From a bacterium (GTDB taxonomy: Bacteria > Bacillota_I > Bacilli_A > RFN20 > CAG-826), in the NCBI GenBank assembly GCA_963638555.1, contig CAVHQU010000004.1, forward strand, positions 65,993-129,992: DNA of 64,000 nucleotides. Direction: 5' to 3'. The translations under genes and the position numbers were made by a program. The notes under the pieces are model-generated. The model did no database searches and was not told the DNA's origin. It saw nothing but the letters and a program-made list of their open reading frames with translations. Below are positions 21,042-30,724 of this stretch, in pieces. Each line of letters opens with the position of its first letter. Positions within the stretch are counted from its first letter, which is position 1.

Positions 21042-22355
21042 ATGGAAGAAAAAGAATTATTAAAACAACCGCCAGTGTCTAAGAGAGCTCTCTCTTTTAT
21101 TATTGATTTTGTCCTGGCATTTATTATCGGAAATATCTTGAATAGTTTCGTTACTAGCACTTATTTGTTTAAAGCAATGGGAGGAAATGATTATCAGCAA
21201 GATTATTATTCGTTTGCGGCTGATTCAGGTTTGGTAAACTCAACGAAAAACGATGACGGTTCTATTAAAACAATCTATTTATATGCATATGCTCCGGATG
21301 GAAAAGAAAATACAACTTTGCAATATGTTGCAACTCCTAATGGCGAATTCGCATATGAAGCGTATTTAAATATTGTTTGGAATTATTATACCTCTTTCTA
21401 TCCGACTGATTCCCGTATGGTTCAACCTGATGGATATACGTATAAACAAGATGAGTTAGATGATTACAAAAAATATGTTTATACAGAAGTTTTCCTTCTT
21501 CCTGATCCAACAACAATTGAAGGAAAAACCGACGTTACTTTAACATCAAGTGATTCTACCCAAACATATTTCCAATATGCCACAAATGAAGATGGGACAC
21601 CTAATTTAACTGTTATGCCAGTTTTGACAGATTCAACTAAGAAAGATTTAGAAGATTCTACAAAAAAAACTGCTACGTTAACAAACCTTCGCGATTATTT
21701 TATTGGAATTAGTGAATCATCAAATTCAATTTCAATATCTGGGACTGGTATTTATTACAAAGCTGCTCTCCATATGGAAGGGCAATCTGGATCAAACCAA
21801 ACTTACTTTACAAATATTTACACAAAAGTAACTTGGATTAGTTGGGAATGCTCCCTTGTTGCCTTATTGCCAATCTATTTCATACTCTTCTATTTGATAC
21901 CTGTATGCGATAAAAAAGGCAGAAGCATTGGCAAATACATCTTTGGTTTAGCCGTAGTGAATAAAGACGGAACATATATGAAAGCGTGGCAAAGATTCCT
22001 TAGACCTCTCTTCTTGTTACTTATTTGCGCTTGCACCTTGATTCCTAATAACGCTATAAGCATTCTTGTGTTTGGCATCGTCTGCTTGCTTGACTTTGGC
22101 TTCGTGGCCTTTGGAAAAACGTGTCAATCATTGCATGATAAGATTTTCAAAACGAATGTTGTTGCAAACAAAAAATCCATCATTTTCAAAACATTGGACG
22201 AGAAACAATCGTATTTAGCAGAAGAAGAAAAGAAAGCCGAAATAAAACCAGCAAGAGTTCCATCAACTGGAAATATGATTGATTTATCAGTTCATGATGA
22301 GCCGACTGAAGAAACCTCTAACGAAGAATCATCTGAAACAAAGAAAGAAGACTAA
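21042..22355 (+). CDS. RDD-family membrane protein with a ~230-aa extracytoplasmic insert and an acidic C-terminal tail
   Basis: RDD signatures: RxxA..IDxxL at the N-terminus (KRALSFIIDFVL), GRSIGKYIFGLAVV, and C-terminal QSLHDKIFKTNVV. A long Ser/Thr/Asn/Tyr-rich loop lies between TM1 and TM2. Confidence 0.75.
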   Translation: MEEKELLKQPPVSKRALSFIIDFVLAFIIGNILNSFVTSTYLFKAMGGNDYQQDYYSFAADSGLVNSTKNDDGSIKTIYLYAYAPDGKENTTLQYVATPNGEFAYEAYLNIVWNYYTSFYPTDSRMVQPDGYTYKQDELDDYKKYVYTEVFLLPDPTTIEGKTDVTLTSSDSTQTYFQYATNEDGTPNLTVMPVLTDSTKKDLEDSTKKTATLTNLRDYFIGISESSNSISISGTGIYYKAALHMEGQSGSNQTYFTNIYTKVTWISWECSLVALLPIYFILFYLIPVCDKKGRSIGKYIFGLAVVNKDGTYMKAWQRFLRPLFLLLICACTLIPNNAISILVFGIVCLLDFGFVAFGKTCQSLHDKIFKTNVVANKKSIIFKTLDEKQSYLAEEEKKAEIKPARVPSTGNMIDLSVHDEPTEETSNEESSETKKED

Positions 22356-22372
22356 CCTACGTGGTTAGTCTT
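22348..22372. terminator. Bidirectional hairpin terminator between convergent genes
   Basis: AAGACTAACC...GGTTAGTCTT followed by TTTTTT. It spans the stop codons of both the RDD gene and the minus-strand HTH gene. Confidence 0.4.
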
Positions 22373-22591
22373 TTTTAAATAATATATGTTCTCTTTCCTG
22401 TTGTAGTAGAGTTCATCTTCTGAATGAGTTTTCTTTAGATATAACCTGATACTTGAAATATAACGCTTGAATGAAACCTCATTGATTAGACATCTTTCCA
22501 TGATATCTTTCTTTGTGATTATTTCTCCATCAATCAATTTCTTGTATATATAGAGAACAGTATCGATTTTGCTAAAAACTCTCTTTTTCAT
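22352..22591 (-). CDS. Small stand-alone winged-HTH protein (resembles a DeoR/WYL-type N-terminal HTH)
   Basis: 79 aa. TVLYIYKKLIDGEIITKKDIMERCLINEVSFKRYISSIRLYL looks like an HTH_11-type DNA-binding domain. Transcribed divergently from the large OB-fold lipoprotein gene. Confidence 0.45.
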   Translation of the reverse strand: MKKRVFSKIDTVLYIYKKLIDGEIITKKDIMERCLINEVSFKRYISSIRLYLKKTHSEDELYYNRKENIYYLKKTNHVG

Positions 22592-22816
22592 CTACTTAGA
22601 TTTTAACAATGTTCAAATCTTTTTACAATTTTTCAAATTCTTTAGTATTCCTAAGTTATTTTTCTTGCTAGAATATCTCTTGGGAAAACGCTTTCCCAGC
22701 AAAATAACAAACGACACCCCCGTTTCCTGAAGGAAAAGAAAAATTAAAACGTTTCGCTACTTTTTGTTGACGTTCCGGGTGTTTTTCATTTTTGTTGGAA
22801 TAGAAAGGGTTATTTA

Positions 22817-24937
22817 ATGAAAACAAAAAAACTTTGCCTATTAGCTTTAGGCAGCATTCTTATGCTTGGAAGCTGTGGAGAAAACAATTCATCAGTTAAT
22901 GAGTCTTCTTCAGTTGCATCTTCAGAATCATCATCTGTTTCTTCTGAAATCTCCTCTCAAACTTCAAGCAGCCAATCTTCCTCATACGACTTTGACTACG
23001 ATTTAACGACAATCGCAGAAGCAATCGAAATTGCTAAGCAAAACTCAACTACCACAACAACACGTTATTACATCTTTGGCACAATCACGGCTATCTCAAA
23101 TTACACATATGGCCAAATGACGATTAAAGATGATACGGGTTCTATTGAAGCATATGGCACATATTCAGCTGATGGCGTTAGCCGTTATTCCGAATTAGAA
23201 AACAAACCACAAGTTGGTGATATGGTCGTTCTTTATGCCAATCTCAATAATTATAAAGACACTCCACAAATCTACTCTGGATGGATTGTTTGGCAAAAAA
23301 GCGTCGAAAAAGAATTTGATGAGAGCGACTATTCTGCAAAAACAATTGCTGAAGCAAGAGAAATGACGACTGGTTCCCTAGTTAAGGTCACAGGTGTCGT
23401 TACGAGAAAAACATATGCTAATGGCATGGTTGAATCTGGATTCTATGTTATCGATGAAACATCATCAATCTACATTCATTCATCTGCAGCCGCTTCTCAA
23501 GTAAGCGAAGGCAATAAAATCACAGTTTGTGGCGCTCTTGATTTTTGGATTCTTGATTCCGAAAAGACAAGTGCTGCTAAAGCTGGCTATCAAGGATCTT
23601 GCCAATTGTCAGACGTTACAATCACGCAAAATGATAAATTAACTACAAATACCTATGATAAATCTTGGATTGAAGAAACGACAATCAAAGATATCATGGA
23701 CACACCTGCAACAAAGAATATTACCAATAAAGTCTATAAGGTTAATTCTTATGTCAAGAAAGTTGCAGGTACGGGTTTTACAAACTATTATTTCGATGAT
23801 ATTGATGGAACAACTGGTTCTTACACATACACACAATGTAACGGATCTGATTTCTCTTGGTTAGATGCGTTTGATGGAAAGATTTGCACAGTTTACTTAA
23901 CTGCAATCAATGCCAAATGCAATGCTGCTGGTGCAGTATGGCGTTTCATGCCAATCGAAGTCATTGATGAAGACTACACCTTTGATGCAGCAAACGTTAA
24001 TGAATATGTTTGGACATATCACGTTAAAGATTTATTCAGAGAACTTTATACTGGTGATCCAGTCCTTGAAGTTCCAACAAGCGTTTCCTCTGAATTATTA
24101 GGATTCAGCGGCGCTACGATTACCTATACTTCAAGCAACACAAATGTTGCCACATTTGAAACTGAAGAAGGAAAGACAATCTTCCATATCAAAGGCGTTG
24201 CAGGAGATTCTACAATCACAGTTAATATTGATTATGGTACAAATGCCACTTTAACAAAGACATTCACCGTTGCTTATTCAGAAGCTACATATGATGATGC
24301 AATAACAGTTAAAGAAGCAATTGATGCAGAAAATGGCGAAGAAATTACCGTTAAAGGCGTTGCTGGTCCATCTCTAGTTAATCAAGATGGTTTCTATCTC
24401 ATCGATGAAACAGGCGTTATTGCGGTTAAGACGACATCTGATGCTTTAGCTGAAATCTCCTTAGGAAATGAAGTTGTTTTCAAAGGAACCAAGAAAGAAG
24501 GATATGGTATTAAAGAAGGATCAACGTCTGCTGGGCAATCCTGTTTGTTAGACTCTTCTCTTGTTGCTAACTTATACGGTAAGCACGAATATTCTAGAGA
24601 TACATTCATCACTGGAAAAACTCTTGCTGATATCTACAATTTAGATGCAACAGTTGATCATTCTACTGAAGTTTATACAGTTACCGCTAAGATTCAAAAG
24701 ACTGAAACGACATACTATTCACAAATCGCACTTGTTGATGGTGACACAAAACTTTCTCTTTATTGTTCTAGCGCAAACCAATATAACTGGTTAGCAAACG
24801 CCTTTGCTGAAGGAAGCGAAGTTACTTTAGACATTGCTCCATGCAATTGGAATAGCAAGAAGTTTTGGACTGGTTGCGTTCTTTCTGCAAGCGATGGTAC
24901 AACAAGAGTCGATAATACTCTTAATTACAGCAAATAA
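22817..24937 (+). CDS. Surface lipoprotein with four OB-fold-like modules and one Big_2 Ig-like domain
   Basis: Lipobox LMLGSCGEN followed by a Ser-rich linker. The TIAEA...VKVTGVV...GFYVIDETSSIYI motif recurs four times, resembling the nucleic-acid-binding OB folds of extracellular nucleases. A Big_2 block (TITYTSSNTNVATFE...) is also present. Confidence 0.75.
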   Translation: MKTKKLCLLALGSILMLGSCGENNSSVNESSSVASSESSSVSSEISSQTSSSQSSSYDFDYDLTTIAEAIEIAKQNSTTTTTRYYIFGTITAISNYTYGQMTIKDDTGSIEAYGTYSADGVSRYSELENKPQVGDMVVLYANLNNYKDTPQIYSGWIVWQKSVEKEFDESDYSAKTIAEAREMTTGSLVKVTGVVTRKTYANGMVESGFYVIDETSSIYIHSSAAASQVSEGNKITVCGALDFWILDSEKTSAAKAGYQGSCQLSDVTITQNDKLTTNTYDKSWIEETTIKDIMDTPATKNITNKVYKVNSYVKKVAGTGFTNYYFDDIDGTTGSYTYTQCNGSDFSWLDAFDGKICTVYLTAINAKCNAAGAVWRFMPIEVIDEDYTFDAANVNEYVWTYHVKDLFRELYTGDPVLEVPTSVSSELLGFSGATITYTSSNTNVATFETEEGKTIFHIKGVAGDSTITVNIDYGTNATLTKTFTVAYSEATYDDAITVKEAIDAENGEEITVKGVAGPSLVNQDGFYLIDETGVIAVKTTSDALAEISLGNEVVFKGTKKEGYGIKEGSTSAGQSCLLDSSLVANLYGKHEYSRDTFITGKTLADIYNLDATVDHSTEVYTVTAKIQKTETTYYSQIALVDGDTKLSLYCSSANQYNWLANAFAEGSEVTLDIAPCNWNSKKFWTGCVLSASDGTTRVDNTLNYSK

Positions 24938-24949
24938 TTCATCAATGTT

Positions 24950-24980
24950 AGACGGGGCTAGAAATAGCCTCGTTTTTCTT
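24950..24980 (+). terminator. Hairpin plus U-tract after the OB-fold lipoprotein gene
   Basis: ACGGGGCT-agaaat-AGCCTCGT followed by TTTTTC. Confidence 0.4.
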
Positions 24981-25015
24981 TTGAGTATTTGAATATTTTA
25001 TTTATAATAAAAACC

Positions 25016-26200
25016 ATGCCAAAAGATTATGTCGAAAAAGTAGAAAATAGAACTGATGAGAATGGCGTATTAATCGTTAGAGGCTCACCTTTAAGAAGAA
25101 TCCTTGCTGAGTTGGCCGATATCTTAACCGCCTTTATTTTAGCAATCACGATTTATGGCGTTGGCTTCCAAAAGCTTTTCGGCTATGACTATTACTCTAA
25201 TCAGATGTCGAATGTTTCATCGCAAATGGTTTCCTGCATGGTTGATAAAAATCTGTATAAGCAAAGCAACAATGGTTCAACTCTTCTTAAAGCGGATCTT
25301 TTTGAATATTGGTCTTATTATTACCTTTCAAAAACGAATGATGCCTATGTCGGAAAAGAAATATATGAGCCAATTAAAGATTATTACACCCTAAGCAGAG
25401 TTGGCTCTTCCAATATGAGCCAGTTCCAATTCAATACTGAGATTCTTAAATTACCTTCAACGATAGATGGTTCATATGAAAATACGGTATTCATGTATGA
25501 TTCTAACGTTAAGGACCCTCTAAATTCTGAGCCTATATTCAATTTAGATATTCAAACAAATCTTAATAAATATTATTTAGGAAACACTGATGCATATGAG
25601 CCAAAGAATGCCTATGATACGATGTCAACTTTCTTCACCAATGCATATGATGTCGCCTTTTCCGAAGCGGTCAAGGATGAGACGTATAAGAATTTGGTTT
25701 TAGAATTTGCATCAAATATGTGGACGCGTTCTTATTTGCAATCGGCCGCCATACTTTCTTCATATTTGCTTGGTGCTATTATAACTTTCTTGCTTGTTCC
25801 ATTAATTCAATTGAGCGGCTTAACTTTAGGCAAAAGAGTTGCTAAGCTTCAAGTTAACGATATCAAGGGAGAAAAACCGCATTGGTACTCTTTCCTGATT
25901 AGAGGCTTGGTTCAAATAATATGTTATTGTTTCATGATACCTTTTATTGGCGTAATGTCATATGGATTCGGCGCTTTTGAAATGCCGTTATTGGAAATTG
26001 GCTCCTTTAGCTTGAATTTATCTACATTTGCCATCGTTGGTCTATTATTGGCCGTGGCTTCTTTAATTATGCTATTTGTTACCCCAGGAAAACAATCGTT
26101 GCATGATTTAGCTTCATTGACATACGTAAATACGTCCGATATTAAAAAGATTCGTGATGAAGAAGCGAAATTAGAGAAAAAAGAAGATGGAAGAGACTAA
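25016..26200 (+). CDS. RDD-family membrane protein with a large extracytoplasmic insert (second paralog)
   Basis: RDD signatures LRRILAELADIL, GLTLGKRVAKLQV and QSLHDLASLTYV. The ORF track begins at a TTG at 24989. The first ATG is 27 nt downstream. The start is uncertain. Confidence 0.7.
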   Translation: MPKDYVEKVENRTDENGVLIVRGSPLRRILAELADILTAFILAITIYGVGFQKLFGYDYYSNQMSNVSSQMVSCMVDKNLYKQSNNGSTLLKADLFEYWSYYYLSKTNDAYVGKEIYEPIKDYYTLSRVGSSNMSQFQFNTEILKLPSTIDGSYENTVFMYDSNVKDPLNSEPIFNLDIQTNLNKYYLGNTDAYEPKNAYDTMSTFFTNAYDVAFSEAVKDETYKNLVLEFASNMWTRSYLQSAAILSSYLLGAIITFLLVPLIQLSGLTLGKRVAKLQVNDIKGEKPHWYSFLIRGLVQIICYCFMIPFIGVMSYGFGAFEMPLLEIGSFSLNLSTFAIVGLLLAVASLIMLFVTPGKQSLHDLASLTYVNTSDIKKIRDEEAKLEKKEDGRD

Positions 26201-27245
26201 GGAAAAGAAAACATTGGAATATTTCAAAGCACCATTTGGCAAAAGGATGGTTGCCATCATAATGGAAATATTGATGCTCGCCTTTGGCACGTTTGCCTTT
26301 CTTTTTTGCTCACGTTTGATCGTGGAACAGATGCCATTATACACTGATTCATTTAATATTTATGTGCAAATTTCCAAAGATTCAGGCTTATACGTATGCG
26401 ATGAATCTACTGAAAACAACCTCGTTACGTTAACTGAATATTATGGCAGCAAGACCTATGAAGTTCAAAATAACACAATAGAGGAAGCCTTAACGAAGTT
26501 TTATACCCTTGAAGAATTTTTTTCACAAGATCCATCTAACGAAAATTACGGCCCAAATATTTATTACAAACAAAAAATAGGCGAGACATGTATTACTTCT
26601 GATGACGGAAACAAGTATTTCATGCTTGACGCAAGTGGTACACCCCAAAAGAATCCATCTCTTACCGAAGTGAAGATGAACTCATTTTATTTAACTGCAT
26701 ATGACAAAGCTGTCGCCTATATTCAAAATAACGAAAATTACCTTCAAGCGAGAAATGTTTTAACGATATACATCAACCTTGTTTTGATACCTCTCTCCAT
26801 TACTTTGTCGTTCTTGGTTTTTGAATTGCTGATTCCTATGACCATTGGAAGAAGAGGCAAACAGACTCTTTCTATGAAATGCATGAAACTCTCTTTGCTT
26901 TCCTCTAACGCTCTTTCTTGCACGGCTAAAAGATATCTTGGAAGGCAAATGATTCAATTGTTCTTGATTGTTTTGCTTTCGCTAGTCTCTTTTGGCATAC
27001 CTCTAATCGTTTCATTCTCGATGATGATATTTAGAAAAGATGGTCAATGTCTTCATGATTACCTTGCTGGTACCTATATGGTTGATTCGTCTGAGCAATC
27101 TGTTTATTACACTTATCAAGAGATGGAAAAATTGCAGAAGAAAGCTGAGGATAGAGATAGCAATCCTCTATTGCCACCAAGAAAGGATGATAGAAGCGCC
27201 CCGCTTGGCAATGATTCCATTTGGCGTAATTTACGTGACAAGTAG
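26187..27245 (+). CDS. RDD-family membrane protein with a large extracytoplasmic insert (third paralog)
   Basis: RDD signatures FGKRMVAIIMEIL, GRRGKQTLSMKCM and GQCLHDYLAGTYMV. Overlaps the previous gene by 14 nt. Confidence 0.75.
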   Translation: MEETKEKKTLEYFKAPFGKRMVAIIMEILMLAFGTFAFLFCSRLIVEQMPLYTDSFNIYVQISKDSGLYVCDESTENNLVTLTEYYGSKTYEVQNNTIEEALTKFYTLEEFFSQDPSNENYGPNIYYKQKIGETCITSDDGNKYFMLDASGTPQKNPSLTEVKMNSFYLTAYDKAVAYIQNNENYLQARNVLTIYINLVLIPLSITLSFLVFELLIPMTIGRRGKQTLSMKCMKLSLLSSNALSCTAKRYLGRQMIQLFLIVLLSLVSFGIPLIVSFSMMIFRKDGQCLHDYLAGTYMVDSSEQSVYYTYQEMEKLQKKAEDRDSNPLLPPRKDDRSAPLGNDSIWRNLRDK

Positions 27246-27358
27246 TAATGTATTCGCTTACATTTTCGAAGAACTCTATTTGTAAAAAATAGTAGACTTG
27301 AATTAGAGCAAGTTTTCTCTTAAAATCAGTAATGCAAGATATATGATTGGAGACGCTC

Positions 27359-28516
27359 ATGGAGATTAGACTCAAAAATCTTACCAAATGCTTCCCAGGA
27401 AACCCAAAGAAGGGAATTCCTGATACTTATGCTGTGAAGTCTTTGGACGTTACAATCCCTGATGGGAAATTAGTTGGTCTTTTAGGTCCTTCTGGATGTG
27501 GCAAATCAACAACCCTTTACATGGTTGCTGGTCTTTTAGAACCTACTGAAGGCGAAATTTGGTTCGGTGATGAAGATGTTACCGATCTTGAACCAGAAAA
27601 GAGAGGAATTGGTTTAGTTTTCCAGAACTACGCTCTTTACCCTCATATGACCGTCTACAAGAATGTTGCTTTCCCTCTTACCAATCTTCGTATCGAAGAA
27701 AAAGTTTTAGATGATGATGGCAATGAAGTTTTTGATGAAACTGGAAAGCCATACATCAAAAAGAGAAAGCTCACGAAAGATGAGATTGACAAAGTCGTCC
27801 GTGAGACAGCCAAGATAGTTCAAATTGAAGAATATTTAGAAAGAAAACCAAATCAATTATCTGGTGGTCAACAACAGCGCGTTGCTATTGCTAGAGCCTT
27901 AGTAAAGAAACCTAAAGTTCTTTTACTTGATGAACCTCTTTCTAACTTAGATGCGCGTTTGAGACTCCAAACACGTGAAGAAATCAGAAGAATTCAACAA
28001 TCTACTGGAATTACCACAATATTCGTTACACACGACCAAGAAGAAGCGATGTCCATTTCTGATGAAATCGTTGTCATGAAGCTTGGCGTTGAACAACAAC
28101 GCGGTGTTCCACAAGACGTTTATAACAATCCTTGCAATAAATTCGTTGCAAATTTCTTAGGCACCCCACCAATTAACCTTTTCAAAGGCCGCATCCAAGG
28201 CAATAAGGTTTATATTGGTGATCAAGTCGTCCGTGAAATCACGGAAAAAGAAGTGCCTGATCAAGATTGCACAGTTGGCATCCGCCCAGAAGGTATTGTC
28301 GTTGATCCAAAAGGAACATTTACATTCAATTGTGAACGCATCCTAACAATGGGCCGTGATATCATGCTCGCTTCTGAACACCCTGAAGCAGTTTCCAACA
28401 TCAAATTTGTCGTTGATGCTTTCGTTGAAGTCTCAACCGGCGAAGTTCATGCTTCTGTCAAACCTCATAAATGCTTTGCCTTCTCTCTTGAAGGAAATGA
28501 GGAGAGGATTATCTAA
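27359..28516 (+). CDS. CUT1-family ABC importer ATP-binding protein (MalK/UgpC/MsmX-like)
   Basis: Walker A GPSGCGKST, signature LSGGQQQRV, Walker B LLLDEP, and a C-terminal TOBE-like regulatory domain. About 35 extra residues follow the Q-loop. Start moved to ATG 27359 (MEIRLKNL). Confidence 0.9.
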   Translation: MEIRLKNLTKCFPGNPKKGIPDTYAVKSLDVTIPDGKLVGLLGPSGCGKSTTLYMVAGLLEPTEGEIWFGDEDVTDLEPEKRGIGLVFQNYALYPHMTVYKNVAFPLTNLRIEEKVLDDDGNEVFDETGKPYIKKRKLTKDEIDKVVRETAKIVQIEEYLERKPNQLSGGQQQRVAIARALVKKPKVLLLDEPLSNLDARLRLQTREEIRRIQQSTGITTIFVTHDQEEAMSISDEIVVMKLGVEQQRGVPQDVYNNPCNKFVANFLGTPPINLFKGRIQGNKVYIGDQVVREITEKEVPDQDCTVGIRPEGIVVDPKGTFTFNCERILTMGRDIMLASEHPEAVSNIKFVVDAFVEVSTGEVHASVKPHKCFAFSLEGNEERII

Positions 28517-28518
28517 GG

Positions 28519-29607
28519 ATGGAAAACTCTGTTACTAACACAAAGAAACCAAATTTCTTTTCCAAATTTTCCAAGCTCTTCAAAAGGAAAGAGAGAGTTT
28601 CCGCTGATGCAGGCGAAAGAAACAACTGGAAAGCATGGCTTTATCTTGCTCCAGTTATCATTCTTTTGGCTGTCTTCACTTTTTATCCATTAATTAATAC
28701 TATTGTCATTGCTTTTCTTAAAAACTATGACTATACAACACAAGCAAGCGATGGCTTCACTTTTGATAATTTCCTTACTGTCTTAACTTTAGCTGGTAAG
28801 GACGGTGCTCAAAACCTTGTTTATCGTTGGAATTGTTTCGATGTTAAAGGACTTCCTTATTACATTAATGAAGCTGGTCAACAAGTTCGTGTTTATTTCC
28901 AAACAGATGTCTTAACATACGCTTTGCCAAACACGATGCTTATCACATTCGTCACAGTTCCTGTTTCAATTATCATCGCTTTATTGATATCCGTTTGTTT
29001 GAATTCAATTAAAGCCTTCAAAAAGATATTTCAAACAATTTTCTTCGTTCCTTATGTCACTAATGCCATCGCCGTCGGCATGGTCTTCGCTGTTTTGTTT
29101 GATTCTCAAGGTATCTTGAACTTCATTTTCGGCTTAGGAAATCATAAATGGATCGATGGTGGCGCTACATGGGGTTCAGGTATGCTTGCCTTATGTATCT
29201 ACATTGTATGGCATGCCCTTCCTTATAAGATTCTTATCTTCTTATCAGCTCTTCAAAATATTGATAAACAATATTACGATGCTGCAAAAATCGACTGTGC
29301 AGGTAAATGGAAAACATTCTGGCACGTTACTGTTCCAATGCTTTCGCCTCAAATTCTTTATATCATGATCACATCTTTCATTGGATCATTTAAAGAATAT
29401 ACGTCGGTCGTTGGCTTATTTGGCTCACCTTCAACAGATGGCGGTTCAACTAAGAACATGTATACCATAGTTTATTACATCTACGAATGCTTAAGCGCCC
29501 CAACAACAGTTTCTAGAGGTGCTGCCGCAGCTGTCTTGCTCTTCATCATCATCATGATATTTACAGCAATTCAGTTCCAAGTTTCAAAGAGGAGGGTTCA
29601 CTATTAA
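28519..29607 (+). CDS. ABC importer permease (MalF/UgpA-like)
   Basis: Six or more TM helices and an EAA-loop region (DAAKIDCAGKWKTFWHVTVPML). Confidence 0.85.
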   Translation: MENSVTNTKKPNFFSKFSKLFKRKERVSADAGERNNWKAWLYLAPVIILLAVFTFYPLINTIVIAFLKNYDYTTQASDGFTFDNFLTVLTLAGKDGAQNLVYRWNCFDVKGLPYYINEAGQQVRVYFQTDVLTYALPNTMLITFVTVPVSIIIALLISVCLNSIKAFKKIFQTIFFVPYVTNAIAVGMVFAVLFDSQGILNFIFGLGNHKWIDGGATWGSGMLALCIYIVWHALPYKILIFLSALQNIDKQYYDAAKIDCAGKWKTFWHVTVPMLSPQILYIMITSFIGSFKEYTSVVGLFGSPSTDGGSTKNMYTIVYYIYECLSAPTTVSRGAAAAVLLFIIIMIFTAIQFQVSKRRVHY

Positions 29608-29608
29608 T

Positions 29609-30658
29609 ATGGAATACGATTCAAGAAATTTCATTCAAAAACTCTTCAAAATGAAATCACGCGAAGAAAAACAAGCAGAAAGAGAAGCATCTGAAGAGTA
29701 TCAAGCAATTGACACTTCAAGTATGACCCTTGTTATCAAAGAAGGGCATGCAAACGCCGCTCAGCTTCAGAAAGCACAAAAAGCGGGACGTATAATCACC
29801 TCAATAATCACATACGCCTTCCTGCTTTTCATGAGCGTTATTATTCTCTTCCCTTTCTATTGGATGATTATTACCTCTTTAAAGAGCACAACAGAAATTC
29901 GTGCTACAACGCAGACTTTCTTCCCTGCAACGGTTCTTTGGACAAACTACATCACTGTTTTCAATACATTCGACTTTGTTACTTATGTTGGCAATACCTT
30001 AGTCGTTGGTATTATTTCTACAATCGGTACTTTGATTACGACGATTCTTGCCGCTTTCGCCTTTGCTAGACTTAATTTCAAAGGAAAAGATTTCATCTTT
30101 GCTATTCTTTTAGCAACAATGATGATTCCAGGTGAAATGATGGTTATTACGAACTACATCACTGTCGCTAAGTTGCCTTGGTATGAATTTGGCGTTGGAC
30201 AAGTAACTGGATGGCTAACATATAAAGATTCAGTTTTTGCTTCTATGATTGTTCCATTCTGGGTTTCTGTCTTCTATATTTACTTGTTAAGACAAAACTT
30301 TAAACAAATTCCTAACGAATTATACTTAGCCGCCAAAGTCGATGGTAAATCGGATTGGCAATTCTTATGGCATGTCATGGTCCCTCTTGCTATGCCAACC
30401 TTAATTTCAATCTTTATCCTTAAACTTATGGGTACTTGGAACTCATACGTATGGCCTCAACTCGTTACGGCAGGTAATGAATCTTGGAGACTTGTTACAA
30501 ATGGTCTTCGCTCATCCTTCTCAACGACATCTGGCGAACCACAATACGGCATTCAAATGGCTGCGACCATCCTTGTAACAGTTCCGTTACTTTTATTGTT
30601 TATTTTCTTCCGCAAGTATATTATGAAAGGCGTTGGCCGCGCTGGTATTAAGGGATAG
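29609..30658 (+). CDS. ABC importer permease (MalG/UgpE-like)
   Basis: EAA-loop region (LAAKVDGKSDWQFLWHVMVPLAMP). Starts 2 nt after the previous permease. Confidence 0.85.
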   Translation: MEYDSRNFIQKLFKMKSREEKQAEREASEEYQAIDTSSMTLVIKEGHANAAQLQKAQKAGRIITSIITYAFLLFMSVIILFPFYWMIITSLKSTTEIRATTQTFFPATVLWTNYITVFNTFDFVTYVGNTLVVGIISTIGTLITTILAAFAFARLNFKGKDFIFAILLATMMIPGEMMVITNYITVAKLPWYEFGVGQVTGWLTYKDSVFASMIVPFWVSVFYIYLLRQNFKQIPNELYLAAKVDGKSDWQFLWHVMVPLAMPTLISIFILKLMGTWNSYVWPQLVTAGNESWRLVTNGLRSSFSTTSGEPQYGIQMAATILVTVPLLLLFIFFRKYIMKGVGRAGIKG

Positions 30659-30724
30659 GCCTTCAAATTGGTTACAGTTCGTAAGAATGTAATATAAAAA
30701 TTAGATTAGAAAATGGAGAAAAAA

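Noticed and set aside
24989-25015. TTG/alternative start codons reported as Met by the ORF track (also 19..33 for nusG)
   Set aside because: In-frame ATG codons with better or equal Shine-Dalgarno context lie shortly downstream. The extended N-termini add no conserved residues. The shorter ATG-initiated models are preferred, though the start of the second RDD paralog remains uncertain.
27246-27346. Independent promoter for the ABC importer operon
   Set aside because: No convincing -35/-10 pair in this 100-nt spacer. The importer genes are more likely transcribed from the promoter upstream of the RDD paralogs near 24.98 kb.
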